Origin: Candidatus Thorarchaeota archaeon
GTDB taxonomy: Archaea > Asgardarchaeota > Thorarchaeia > Thorarchaeales > Thorarchaeaceae
Direction of reading: 5' to 3'
Assembly: GCA_016839605.1 (NCBI GenBank)
Contig: JAEOTX010000073.1
Coordinates: forward strand, 1-25,370
Length of the DNA stretch: 25,370 nucleotides
Below are positions 1 to 9,804 of this stretch, in pieces (positions within the stretch are counted from its first letter, which is position 1; every line of letters begins with the position of its first letter). A program made the translations under genes and the position numbers. Under the pieces are notes generated by a model. It saw nothing but the letters and a program-made list of their open reading frames with translations, was not told where the DNA came from and ran no database searches.

Positions 1-1
1 A

Positions 2-1357
2 ATCAAAGCCTCAATCAATTCTGTTGCTCTCACATATGACTTGGTACATGATGAAGAGAATAGAGACCTAATGACTGCAAACTCAGTATTGACAGGTGAG
101 ACGATCAATCGATTCTGTCATCTACATAATAGCACTGAAGACCTGCAGGACAAGGTGAGGATGCTTCGAACTCTTGGTCAGAAATCTGGGACATGCTTTC
201 AGCGCTGTGTTGGGATGGATGCTCTAAATGCTGTTTTTCTAACCACCTATGAGATTGATGAGAAGCTTGGGACTAATTACCATCAAAGATTCATCGAGTA
301 CGTGAAGAGCGCTGAAGCACAAGATCTTGTGATTGATGGCTGCATGACAGATCCAAAGGGCGATAGAAGCAAACGCCCCTCAGAGCAGAAGAATCCAGAT
401 GTCTATGTCCATGTGACAGAGCATCGAGAAGACGGCGTGGTGATACGAGGAGCCAAAGCACATCAAACGGGAGCAGTCAACTCACATGAGCACCTTATCA
501 TGCCAACATTGGCCATGCGAAATGAGGACAAGGACTATGCCATCTGTTGTGCAGTTCCTGCAGATGCAGAGGGGATTACCTATTACTATGGTCGACAGTC
601 TTCTGACCTACGGAGACTTGACGAGAGTGAAGCTGGCGATGTTGATTGCGGAAATCCAGTTTATGGCGGTCAAGAATGTCTAGTTGTATTCAATGATGTT
701 TTCATCCCTAATGACCGAATTTTCATGAATGGGGAAAATGAATTCTGTGGTAGACTTGTTGAAGCATTTGCAGCCTATCACCGTCAGAGTTATGGTGGAT
801 GCAAGGTAGGTGTCGGTGATGTCCTAATTGGAGCAGCTGCAAGCATTGCAGAATACAACGGAGTGCCAAAGGCGTCACACATCCGTGATAAGATTACAGA
901 GATGACACACCTGAATGAAACTCTATTCTCCTGTGGAATTGCTTGTTCTGCTGCAGGAGAGCAAACTCCAGCAGGCAACTATCTCGTAGACATGCTCCTA
1001 GCTAATGTATGCAAGCAAAATGTTACTAGATTCCCATACGAGATATCCAGATTGCTTCAGGATATTGCAGGTGGGCTTTTTGTCACATGTCCGAGCGCTA
1101 AAGAAATGAGCAATCCAGAAACGCGTGAAATCATAGAGAAGTATCTTGTCGGGGCAGACCATGTCAATACTGAAGATCGGATCAAGATGATGCGGTTGAT
1201 TGAGAATCTAACGCTTGGGAGAGCGGCTGTGGGATATCTAGCGGAATCAATGCACGGAGCTGGGTCTCCTCAGGCACAAAGAATCATGATCAGTAGACTC
1301 AGTGATGTTGAGGAGAAGAAGAAGCTAGCAAAGCGTCTAGCAAATATCGAGGAATGA
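2..1357 (+). CDS. abfD: 4-hydroxybutyryl-CoA dehydratase/vinylacetyl-CoA isomerase (HpaB/AbfD family), 5'-truncated by the window
   Basis: The frame is open from position 2 (IKASINSVALTYDL...). Motifs CFQRCVGMD, HRQSYGGCK ([4Fe-4S] ligands Cys/Cys/His/Cys), MTDPKGDRS and ESMHGAGSPQAQ. Confidence 0.88.
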   Translation: MKASINSVALTYDLVHDEENRDLMTANSVLTGETINRFCHLHNSTEDLQDKVRMLRTLGQKSGTCFQRCVGMDALNAVFLTTYEIDEKLGTNYHQRFIEYVKSAEAQDLVIDGCMTDPKGDRSKRPSEQKNPDVYVHVTEHREDGVVIRGAKAHQTGAVNSHEHLIMPTLAMRNEDKDYAICCAVPADAEGITYYYGRQSSDLRRLDESEAGDVDCGNPVYGGQECLVVFNDVFIPNDRIFMNGENEFCGRLVEAFAAYHRQSYGGCKVGVGDVLIGAAASIAEYNGVPKASHIRDKITEMTHLNETLFSCGIACSAAGEQTPAGNYLVDMLLANVCKQNVTRFPYEISRLLQDIAGGLFVTCPSAKEMSNPETREIIEKYLVGADHVNTEDRIKMMRLIENLTLGRAAVGYLAESMHGAGSPQAQRIMISRLSDVEEKKKLAKRLANIEE

Positions 1358-1368
1358 TTCGTCATCTG

Positions 1369-2511
1369 TTATGTAGGGAGGATGCTTCTCATAGCCCTGA
1401 GGTTTGATAGGGCCATCTCAATTCCATTGCGCCAATCCCACGGACCAAGACCACATTCAGGTCCGGCAAAGGGAACTCTATCAGAGCCATAGAGCTGCAG
1501 AGTCTCATCTAGGTGGCGTTTCATTTCGGCTGGCTTCTGAAGGTAGTTCGCGAAGTTTCCATTCTTTATGTCATCCCATGCAGCCTTTAGATCAACATCT
1601 GTAGAAAATGAAGGTCCATCAGTCCTCACAATCGCCGCACGTACAAATTTGTCGGTTTCGACAAGCCATTCAGAATTTGCAAACATACCTACATGAGCCT
1701 CAAGAAGATTCCAATCAGCGGCAAATAGATGCTCAAAGGGTGAAGTGTGAAGATGAAGGCCTCGATAGACACCCCTAGGAACGTTGGCATAGATTCTGTT
1801 CCAACAAGAGATCATGTGGTTAAGAGATTCATCACTTCGTGTATCGGTGAAGAAATCTCCCAGACCCTCCAACCCAAAAGACGGGTCATCCATGGTGATG
1901 ACTTCCGGTCTTAGGTGCTTTGAGGAAACCAACGCACCTCTCACGTATTTTTCCACCAAATCCGTAAAGAATTCCATCAACTTCTCATCATAGCCGCGTG
2001 GAAAGCCTGCAAGCCGTTGGAGGTTCAATGCAAGCTCCAGAGGCCCTGTTATGCAAGCCTTGTAGGATATTGTTTCCACTCCGAGTGTCTGACTAAGCTT
2101 CTCCGCTCCTCTCTCTAGTGCCACAACCTCAGCAACTTTGGAAGGAACATTATCCAGAGATACTTGACCCATTGCAATTTCTGCGGCCACTCGCTGAGCA
2201 TTGGACTTCGTTACAAGCTTCTTAGATTCCACGCCTTTCTCGCCAACTATTTCCCTGAAGAGTGGCTCAAGATATTGGGTTATCATCCCTCTGCACTGAG
2301 CGAAGCTTGTGACAGACACATCAGGTCCCATTGCCTCAGCTTTTAGTCGAAAGGCTTCATTGTGGTGCGCAATGAAATAGGATACGACTTCGTGTTCAGT
2401 TTTGGGATCGCTTTCAATCATCCATGCTCCCTCAACATACTTCGACATGTCAGCATCTAATGGAAAGCTTCCTATGTCTAAAGCCCGTATTCGAGGGATG
2501 GATGAAGTCAT
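1369..2511 (-). CDS. Cobalamin-independent methionine synthase catalytic-core-like / URO-D-fold protein (archaeal variant)
   Basis: DIGSFP, ITGPLEL, MDDP, HLH and GPECGL align with the MetE-core motifs (IGSxP, LTGP, IDEP, HxC, NPDCGL). Likely start is ATG 2511 rather than 2583. Confidence 0.6.
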   Translation of the reverse strand: MTSSIPRIRALDIGSFPLDADMSKYVEGAWMIESDPKTEHEVVSYFIAHHNEAFRLKAEAMGPDVSVTSFAQCRGMITQYLEPLFREIVGEKGVESKKLVTKSNAQRVAAEIAMGQVSLDNVPSKVAEVVALERGAEKLSQTLGVETISYKACITGPLELALNLQRLAGFPRGYDEKLMEFFTDLVEKYVRGALVSSKHLRPEVITMDDPSFGLEGLGDFFTDTRSDESLNHMISCWNRIYANVPRGVYRGLHLHTSPFEHLFAADWNLLEAHVGMFANSEWLVETDKFVRAAIVRTDGPSFSTDVDLKAAWDDIKNGNFANYLQKPAEMKRHLDETLQLYGSDRVPFAGPECGLGPWDWRNGIEMALSNLRAMRSILPT

Positions 2512-2611
2512 GAAAACACATCCTACATGACTGCTGATATAGCTAGCTACATGGGCGCATTTCGATGGATTAAATACAACCACCGATTCACGATGCTATT
2601 GTGATTCAGCC

Positions 2612-3718
2612 ATGAAAACGATAACTGTGGGAACCGCGAAGAGTGAGCCTGGCAAGCTCACATACGGTCACATTGATGCTATGGATTTGCCAACTGGTAT
2701 TGTCGACAGGATACCAGTGATAATTGCCCAAGGAACCGAGGAAGGCCCCACCTTCTTCCTCACAGCGAATATTCACGGTAATGAGCTGACTGGAATTGCG
2801 ATCATTCATGAATTGATGACTGAGGACTTGGCGAAATCATTGAGGGGAACTGTGGTGGCCATTCCGACGCAGAATCCAGCAGGCTTTCGTCGCTATACGC
2901 GATATCCAGACTATGATGAGAGAGACCCCAACCGAGCATTCCCAGAAGGAAGGTTTGCTAAGAAGGAGGAGGATGACGAAGACAAGAAGTATCCAAAGCC
3001 GTATGAGCAGGTAGCAAGAAAGCTCTACGAGTACTTCGATAAATATGCGGATTATCATCTGGACTTTCACAATCACACACTGAGATCGATATCATACTCA
3101 ATTCTCGATCGAATATTCTACAAGGACGATTCCGACAAGGAAGAGGCTGAAAAGCTAGCAGAGCAGCAGAAAGGCATGGTGGAGGCTTTTGGAATGTTCG
3201 GTTCAGCGGATTTTCCAGCAAAGAAGTACATCAATCTGAAATACCACCGCTCTGCATCTGGTGCTGTCCTTAATTCGTTGAGAAGACCTGCTTTCACAGT
3301 AGAACTGGGAAGCAATAATGTTCTTGTCCCGGAAGTGATTGCCGAATCGATCAAGGGAACACGCAATGTTCTGAGATGGGCAGGTATGTTGGATGGTGCT
3401 ATGGAGGAGATATCAGATTTCGGTATCGAAAGACCTCCGAAGAGAGTAAGACGAATCGAGCATCCACGAGCACCGCAGTCAGGAATTGTGAAGCTGCTAG
3501 TTGATCCCGGTCAGTTGGTCAAAGCTGGAGACCCCATAGCAAAATTCACAGATATGCATGGCAGACCGATTGGAGATGGCTTCATACGAACTGAGCAGGA
3601 TGGCATCATGATTGCGTTGCGGGATAAAATGGATGTTTATCCCAATGATATTGTAAGCGAAATGGGTGTAGAGGATGATGAACCCATAATCGCACAATAT
3701 CCACCTCCAAAGGAGTAG
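2612..3718 (+). CDS. Succinylglutamate desuccinylase/aspartoacylase (M14 AstE/AspA) family deacylase
   Basis: HGNE, NP, DPNRAF, DFH, TVELG and a C-terminal barrel-sandwich (APQSG...GQLVKAGD). Confidence 0.88.
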   Translation: MKTITVGTAKSEPGKLTYGHIDAMDLPTGIVDRIPVIIAQGTEEGPTFFLTANIHGNELTGIAIIHELMTEDLAKSLRGTVVAIPTQNPAGFRRYTRYPDYDERDPNRAFPEGRFAKKEEDDEDKKYPKPYEQVARKLYEYFDKYADYHLDFHNHTLRSISYSILDRIFYKDDSDKEEAEKLAEQQKGMVEAFGMFGSADFPAKKYINLKYHRSASGAVLNSLRRPAFTVELGSNNVLVPEVIAESIKGTRNVLRWAGMLDGAMEEISDFGIERPPKRVRRIEHPRAPQSGIVKLLVDPGQLVKAGDPIAKFTDMHGRPIGDGFIRTEQDGIMIALRDKMDVYPNDIVSEMGVEDDEPIIAQYPPPKE

Positions 3719-3737
3719 TCTGTGGAGTGAGACCGGA

Positions 3738-4364
3738 GTGAGATTGATATTGATGAAACTTAGATCACTCCGGTGGCCGCTTCTGACAATAAGTGGAGTA
3801 TTTGTAATCATCCTTTATTGCGCCTTCACATTTATTTCTTGGGCACTTTATCCGGATGTCTATGGTCCTATAACTCACTATCTTAGCCGTCTGGGAAATT
3901 TCAATTATAGTCCATTTGGTGCCCGCTTTTACAACCTTGGTTGCATTCTGACAGGCATCGCTCTCTTTCCGTTCTATATTGGATTTTATCAGTGGTACAC
4001 GGATCGCCTGTATCAAAAGGTGCCTCTCATCTTGGGTCAGATAGTCGGCCTGTGCTCAGCTGTGGCGCTCATAATGATAGGCGTTTTCTCTGAAGATCAA
4101 GGAAGTCCCCATATGGTGGCTTCGTCAATGTTCTTTCTCCTGAACTTCATTGTGCTCATTCTTGTCAATATCGCGCTCTTATTGAATTCAGATTTCTGGA
4201 AGCTTATCGCTGTTTACGGACTTGCAATTGACTTCCTGACATTAGGTTTTCAGCTAGCCATAGGAGGTCCACTAGTTGAGTGGTTCACGGTATTTGGCTC
4301 TCTTCTCTTCGTCGGTCTGCTTTCCCTTAACACACGGATACTCAAGCTTGCTCAGTCAGAATAA
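3738..4364 (+). CDS. DUF998-like membrane protein (5-6 TM)
   Basis: HYLSRLG...YNLGCILTG, IGVFSED..H pattern and hydrophobic segments. Confidence 0.7.
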   Translation: MRLILMKLRSLRWPLLTISGVFVIILYCAFTFISWALYPDVYGPITHYLSRLGNFNYSPFGARFYNLGCILTGIALFPFYIGFYQWYTDRLYQKVPLILGQIVGLCSAVALIMIGVFSEDQGSPHMVASSMFFLLNFIVLILVNIALLLNSDFWKLIAVYGLAIDFLTLGFQLAIGGPLVEWFTVFGSLLFVGLLSLNTRILKLAQSE

Positions 4365-4382
4365 CAGTCTCGTAGATTCGTT

Positions 4383-5213
4383 CTATTTGAATGTGGAATC
4401 AACCCAATCAAGCATCGGATTCAAGCTGCCCTCCGGAAAAACGGCATGTCTTGCGCCCTTTGCCACCATGAACTCCTTGACCTCTGATTGAATCTCATCA
4501 AATATCTCTCTAGCTGCTTCAACTGTGAATAGCTCGTCTTCCTCACCAATCCCAACGAGAACTGGGAATGACAACTCTGGTGGAAAATCAAAGTCTGCTA
4601 GGATTGTTGTTCTCATGAATCGTAACGTGTATCTGAATGTGAACAAAGGATCATCTAGCCCCACCATTCCCTCACGCCGATATTCCATAATTGGCTTACT
4701 TGGAGAGAAAATTGAACTTATGAGAATCTTGAGCTTCTGCATAGCACCCAGAGGAGGATAAACTCCGGGTCTTGTTGTTCTCGCCCCGCTGAGAAGAATC
4801 GCACCATCAAAGCTGTCGATGCACGATTCCATTGCCATCACAGATGATAGAACGCCAAGACTATGACCCAGAACAACCATTCTGGAATGCCTTTCCTTCA
4901 CAAATGCAATCGTTTCGCACAGATCCTTCACATACCTCTCTCTACCCGGCGTGTCACCCCTGTTTCCATCTGAGAGTCCGTGGCCTCGAAGATCTAGTCC
5001 ATATACTGCAAAGCCTCTTGATGCAAGTGGTTTGGCAATCATGTCATACGGACCACTATATGCAGTTATTCCATGAAGAATTAGAATGGCGGTTTCTCTG
5101 GGCGCGCTTATAGGTCTCCATTCTCTAATGAAGAGGGTAATGCCGTCAGATGTAGTCAGAAGACTGTGTGGCTCACCAAACTCGCTCCGAAGACTGTGAA
5201 TATCTATGGTCAT
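4383..5213 (-). CDS. Alpha/beta hydrolase, lysophospholipase/monoacylglycerol lipase-like
   Basis: LHG, DLRGHGLS, nucleophile motif GHSLG, GEED, and catalytic His in GARH. Confidence 0.88.
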   Translation of the reverse strand: MTIDIHSLRSEFGEPHSLLTTSDGITLFIREWRPISAPRETAILILHGITAYSGPYDMIAKPLASRGFAVYGLDLRGHGLSDGNRGDTPGRERYVKDLCETIAFVKERHSRMVVLGHSLGVLSSVMAMESCIDSFDGAILLSGARTTRPGVYPPLGAMQKLKILISSIFSPSKPIMEYRREGMVGLDDPLFTFRYTLRFMRTTILADFDFPPELSFPVLVGIGEEDELFTVEAAREIFDEIQSEVKEFMVAKGARHAVFPEGSLNPMLDWVDSTFK

Positions 5214-5273
5214 GAGTCATACCTCCATGCGGAGTATATCAAGAAAGAAGCATTCTTGATATATCTAATGATT

Positions 5274-6203
5274 CTAGGGCCAGAGCCCTTCCTTGGTCAA
5301 CTTCTCTTGAAGCATGAGCTGGCTCAATCTAGGGAATTTATGCACAGGATAACAAATCAACACATTATTTGACTTGACAAATGGTGCCTGCTTTATGGCT
5401 CTAGATATCTCATCTGATTCCCTGAAATGATCGGTTACGAATTTCGCAAATACTGTAGGCTCAATGGCTGAGTGAAAAGATAGCCAATATTCATTCGGAT
5501 AATTGGTTCTCAGCCAATCGTCAACAGCGTCTCTATCAGCCTTTTGCTCGTCAATCTCAATCCTGACATAGAACTCAGTGTCTTCTCCAGCGCTTAGATT
5601 CCATCTAGCCGCAAACCAGAACGCTCCGCTTTCCGTAATGTCAGATAATGTTCTCCTCACTCTTCTTGCTGATAGCCCTGTATTGCTTGCGATATCAGTG
5701 ATTGACATTCTTGCATCATCAAGAAGTTGGCGTAACAATCTTAGATGCAGCTTTGTCAGTTCGATCTTTGATCCCTGCTGCCTAAGCAAGGTATGTATCT
5801 CAACATCTTGGACTGATTCAGGACCGCAAAGGAACTTTCGAAGGTTCATCAATCCTATCGCACCAATGTATTCTGCTAGCACTAGATATGTCCGACCCTG
5901 AATTGATGCTATCAAGCCAGTCTGTACTACTCCAGGATATCTCCCCATCTCATTAAGGAGCGTCTCTTCATCCTCTTGACCATCAGTATGGAGTAAAGCT
6001 AGGAGCAATTCTGCTTCAGTCATAGCAGGCCTCATAATGACAACGAATTCTTCAATGACACCTTGTTCGACAAGCTTCGTGACCCTCTTCCTCACGGCAT
6101 TTGCAGTCATCCCTAACTTGAGTGCCAGCTCTTGGAACGTCGCTCTGCAATTGCTATCAAGTTCTAGGATGAGTCTCTTATCAATTGGGTCCAGTGCAAA
6201 CAC
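5274..6203 (-). CDS. Tandem (two-unit) Lrp/AsnC-family transcriptional regulator
   Basis: Two AsnC HTH units: LDPIDKRLILELDSNCR...VRKRVTKL and LTKLHLRLLRQLLDDARMS...VRRTL. GTG start after a GCAGGTG context. Confidence 0.85.
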   Translation of the reverse strand: MFALDPIDKRLILELDSNCRATFQELALKLGMTANAVRKRVTKLVEQGVIEEFVVIMRPAMTEAELLLALLHTDGQEDEETLLNEMGRYPGVVQTGLIASIQGRTYLVLAEYIGAIGLMNLRKFLCGPESVQDVEIHTLLRQQGSKIELTKLHLRLLRQLLDDARMSITDIASNTGLSARRVRRTLSDITESGAFWFAARWNLSAGEDTEFYVRIEIDEQKADRDAVDDWLRTNYPNEYWLSFHSAIEPTVFAKFVTDHFRESDEISRAIKQAPFVKSNNVLICYPVHKFPRLSQLMLQEKLTKEGLWP

Positions 6204-6297
6204 CTGCTGCTATGTATCAGAAGCGTGGACGGAGAAGAATATATCTCTTAGTGATTTGAAGCGATTTAGGAAGACCCAACAGAAGGGCTGTGTCATC

Positions 6298-7107
6298 ATG
6301 TCCAACAAACGAAACGAAGAGTCATGGAACAAGTTATCAGACCACTACCAGGCAGCTCAGATTATATCCTTGGAGAATGTTCACTACAATCCGTATGGGC
6401 CTGGAGAGCGTGAGCTGGGAATCATAGGTGATGTCAAAGGACTTGACATACTTGAGGTCGGCTGTGGCGGGGGTCAGAATAGCATTGTATTGGCCAAATG
6501 GGGTGCAAAGTCTGTGGTTGGTCTGGACCAATCAGAGAAACAGCTCGAATATGCAAGACGACTCGCTGAGAGTGTCAATGTCGACGTGCAGTTCGTGAAG
6601 AGCGATATGGAAGACATATCCATCCTTGGTGACGCAACATTTGATCTGATTGTATCAATGCACGCCATGAACTATGCATCTGACATTCAAAGTGTCTTCA
6701 ATGAGTGCGCGCGGCTACTTAGAGTCGATGGCAGATTTGTGACATGCATGAACCATCCCATCTGGCTTGTGTTTGGTGAGGCGATGGAGATGAATGATCT
6801 GTCAAAGATTGTCAATTACTTCAGGAACGAGAGAGAGATTTGGGATTGGACGGACTATAATGGAGATTCCATTGCTACATTCGAGTCTACGGGCTGGCGT
6901 TTAGCCCAGATAATTAACGGTCTGATAATCGCAGGCTTTAGAATCGAAGGAATCTTTGAGCCAAAGGGCTATACACGGGAGGAAATTGAGACTCTACCCA
7001 CAGAATCTATGCCCTATCGTGAGTCTAAAGATCCGTACTACCCATTCGTTGATACGAATCAGATATTCCCCAATTCAATAATAGTATCAGCAAGGATAGA
7101 GAAGTAG
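6298..7107 (+). CDS. Class I SAM-dependent methyltransferase
   Basis: LEVGCGGG, GLDQS and FDLIVS motifs. Start is ATG 6298; the upstream extension overlaps the Lrp gene. Confidence 0.88.
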   Translation: MSNKRNEESWNKLSDHYQAAQIISLENVHYNPYGPGERELGIIGDVKGLDILEVGCGGGQNSIVLAKWGAKSVVGLDQSEKQLEYARRLAESVNVDVQFVKSDMEDISILGDATFDLIVSMHAMNYASDIQSVFNECARLLRVDGRFVTCMNHPIWLVFGEAMEMNDLSKIVNYFRNEREIWDWTDYNGDSIATFESTGWRLAQIINGLIIAGFRIEGIFEPKGYTREEIETLPTESMPYRESKDPYYPFVDTNQIFPNSIIVSARIEK

Positions 7108-7150
7108 GCTGGATAACTCCAGCTCTCTCTTTGATAATATAGTAGCGCTG

Positions 7151-8941
7151 CTACCAATCATGCATTCTATAGTATTCCTCGACCATTTTGTCTATGTTCA
7201 CTGTAGAGCCCTTAGTGGGTCCTCGTGGAAGTGGTTCACAGACAAAACGATCAGGTAGAGTATCATCTTCTCTACTGACCCCAAACTTCTCATTGAGCTT
7301 GCGCTGAAGATTCACTGAGTCGCCCATCAGTTTCTGGAGTTTCTCAGCAGAGTAGTCGACGCCCGTCCCAGACTTCAGCAAAGCAGACGCATTGTCGAAG
7401 TTGAGAACGTCCATACAGAGACCTATGTTCTTACACATAGTCATGGAATCAGTCAGGAGAGCTATCTTTTCCGAATAGGTCACCAATGCGGCTTTGCCCT
7501 CTTCCTCCATTCTCATTGCAGCCTTCTCTGTTCCAAACCGCCTCTTGGACTCCTCTAACCTGTTGGTGAGTTCGAAGTATGGTTCAGCTCTGAGATGGTC
7601 TCCGCCTCGAGATGCGATAGCATAGGTCAGACCGTATGCCTTGATTCCCCTTGGGTCACCGCATATGATGTCGAGACCCTTAACTTGCATGACGAGTTTC
7701 TGGGCTTCCTCACTGAAGTCCTTTGAGAGTTTTGTTGCACCATCAGCGAGTCGGTCACCAATGCCCTCTCGGAGGGTTAACAAGTTCACTGCATTTCTGA
7801 TGGATTCTACATCACCCCAGCTTATGCTGAGCCCGTCCAGCTCTTCAGGAGAGAGGAAGCCCTTCTCCTGACATTCAATAATCCAACCGATGACCTCAGA
7901 AGTTGATATTGAGTCAAGGCCCATTTGGTTGAGCCAGGTGTTCATCTCGAGGGCAAAGGGGAGGTCATCACTGCCAAGCCTGGAACTAAAACTACACAGA
8001 GTTTCGAACTCGGGCCCTTCGGCTTCGTACTCTCCAGCGACATAGTAACGTGAACAGTGAAGATTGCAGTTGAAGCAGGCCTTGTTCTTCACCTTGTATT
8101 CGTCAGCAAGGCGTTCTCCAGAGATATCATCAACATAGTCACAGACGCCTTCCTGAAAGTGGTTTGTGGGAAGGATTCCAATGCTGTTGAGGTCGTTCAT
8201 CAACATAGTCGTGCCCAGTCTGTACCGCTTGTCATACTCATTATGAGCAGCAATAGCATCACGCATCTTCTGCACTTCACTGAGGAACGCGATGGGTTCA
8301 GCAACTTCTACTGCGCCTAAGCCCCTGACCCCCAATGCCTTGAGTTTCTTAGAGCCCATGACAGCGCCCATACCAGTCCTACCATTCACCCGATTCCCAC
8401 TGGATACTATAGTCGCAAATAGAACGAGATTCTCCCCAGCAGGTCCAATAGCGGCGACCTCTATGGAATGATCTCTCTGGACTTTCCTGATTGAAGATGT
8501 GGTCTCTACAATAGTCTTCCCTGTCAACTCCTCACACTTGACGAACTTAACGCCATTGTTGTTTACAAGCAAGTAGGTTAGGGTTTCTGCTCTTCCGGTG
8601 ATAATGATTTGATCGAATCCTGTGAGCTTCATCTCAGCAGCGAATTGGCCTCCTGCAGCTGAGTCTCCTAGAATGCCTGTCATAGGTGACTTTGCGGTTA
8701 CAGTATAATACGCCGATGCAGGGAGGAGTGAGCCAGTGAGTGGACCAACACCAAAGATGATAATATTCTCAGGGCCAAGAGGGTCACAACTTGGATCTAG
8801 CTCTTCAAAAAGCCTCTTCGTGTTGGCGGCACGCCCACCAATGACGGATTTGATCCATGATGCGCTGGTCTTCTCAATCTTGAAGCGTTCGTCTGAGAGG
8901 TCGATTCTCAGAATATTGCCGCCATAGCCATAGCTAGCCAT
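7151..8941 (-). CDS. aor: Tungsten-dependent aldehyde:ferredoxin oxidoreductase family protein
   Basis: GYGGNILRIDLS, KSPMTG, IGPAGEN, GRTGMGAVMGSKKLKA, CFNCNLHC, GPEFET, DSIS, DPRG and RGGDH. GGGGAG SD before ATG 8941. Confidence 0.92.
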   Translation of the reverse strand: MASYGYGGNILRIDLSDERFKIEKTSASWIKSVIGGRAANTKRLFEELDPSCDPLGPENIIIFGVGPLTGSLLPASAYYTVTAKSPMTGILGDSAAGGQFAAEMKLTGFDQIIITGRAETLTYLLVNNNGVKFVKCEELTGKTIVETTSSIRKVQRDHSIEVAAIGPAGENLVLFATIVSSGNRVNGRTGMGAVMGSKKLKALGVRGLGAVEVAEPIAFLSEVQKMRDAIAAHNEYDKRYRLGTTMLMNDLNSIGILPTNHFQEGVCDYVDDISGERLADEYKVKNKACFNCNLHCSRYYVAGEYEAEGPEFETLCSFSSRLGSDDLPFALEMNTWLNQMGLDSISTSEVIGWIIECQEKGFLSPEELDGLSISWGDVESIRNAVNLLTLREGIGDRLADGATKLSKDFSEEAQKLVMQVKGLDIICGDPRGIKAYGLTYAIASRGGDHLRAEPYFELTNRLEESKRRFGTEKAAMRMEEEGKAALVTYSEKIALLTDSMTMCKNIGLCMDVLNFDNASALLKSGTGVDYSAEKLQKLMGDSVNLQRKLNEKFGVSREDDTLPDRFVCEPLPRGPTKGSTVNIDKMVEEYYRMHDW

Positions 8942-9452
8942 GCTCTCCCCTCCATGAGGTTCTAACTGCTTGGCCTTTAGTTTCGACATAGAGCCGTCGA
9001 CGTTCACTCGTGTTCATCTTGTCAGTTCTATTCTTCATTTCTGACAAAGAGATAGGAGTCTTGGAGGTCTGTGTGAAGATAATTGCACCTTCGGTACATG
9101 CATCCACACACTTCGGTCTTCCACCGCATAAGTCACAGACATAGACGAGGTCATCGAGCTGTTCTATGGCCCCTATAGGACACTTACGCTCACAAGACCC
9201 ACAGGCGTTGCAGATGGTTGGTGCAATAATAACCTCACCAAATGCTCCAATGGTCATAGCATCAACTGGACAGTCCATGCAGTAGCGCTCCTCACATTGT
9301 ACACAAACAACTGGCCCATCGATTCCTGTTTCGTAGATATGCATCACTTTCATTCTAGCTAGACGGTTTGAAACCTTACTCGTGTGGAAGAACGAACAAG
9401 CTGCCTCGCAGCTTCTACATCCAGTGCACTTACTGATATCAACATGAATCAT
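8934..9452 (-). CDS. 4Fe-4S dicluster electron-transfer subunit (DmsB/HydN-like) of AOR
   Basis: Four Cys clusters: CTGCRSCEAAC, CVQC...CMDCP, CNACGSCERKCP and CDLC...CVDAC. Overlaps the aor start by 8 nt. Confidence 0.9.
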   Translation of the reverse strand: MIHVDISKCTGCRSCEAACSFFHTSKVSNRLARMKVMHIYETGIDGPVVCVQCEERYCMDCPVDAMTIGAFGEVIIAPTICNACGSCERKCPIGAIEQLDDLVYVCDLCGGRPKCVDACTEGAIIFTQTSKTPISLSEMKNRTDKMNTSERRRLYVETKGQAVRTSWRGEHG

Positions 9453-9456
9453 GGAA

Positions 9457-9741
9457 CTAGTCCTCAGTCCATTCAAGTCTAAAGATGACTTTGCCTTCAG
9501 GATCAGGGCAGGTGAAATTCTTCACACTCTTTACCCAGTGATCATCTGGTAGGTTCTCTTTGACATTGAAAATCGGAAACACTGGCATCATGCTTTGTAA
9601 TGCCCACATGCAGACGTTGTTTCCCTCTGGAATGCTTAGCTTAGACCCTTCTACAAAGAAGTGATCACCTACCAGTACTGGCAGGTTGCAGTGCCCATCA
9701 ATGCGCTCAACAGTCACCTTGATCTTTGCCATTTTGACCAT
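9457..9741 (-). CDS. TIGR04076-family small Cys protein
   Basis: KVTVERIDGHC...VGD.F, CMWALQS..P and TCPDP...VIF.L pattern. GGAG SD. Confidence 0.8.
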   Translation of the reverse strand: MVKMAKIKVTVERIDGHCNLPVLVGDHFFVEGSKLSIPEGNNVCMWALQSMMPVFPIFNVKENLPDDHWVKSVKNFTCPDPEGKVIFRLEWTED

Positions 9742-9761
9742 CCACGCTCCACAGTAATGGG

Positions 9762-9772
9762 CCTCTTAAAGG
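9762..9772 (-). promoter_or_regulatory. Probable TATA box for the TIGR04076-ferredoxin-aor operon
   Basis: Minus-strand CCTTTAAGAGG lies about 25 nt upstream of the 9741 start, in the 63-nt intergenic gap. Confidence 0.4.
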
Positions 9773-9804
9773 GTATTGCTCAAGTCGCTCCAGCAAATTG
9801 CTCA

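Noticed and set aside
6037-6297. N-terminal extensions of the methyltransferase (also AOR 8942-9007, nitroreductase 20034-20234 and HD protein 24135-24182)
   Set aside because: They overlap neighbouring genes or promoters; family homology and SD sites begin at downstream starts.
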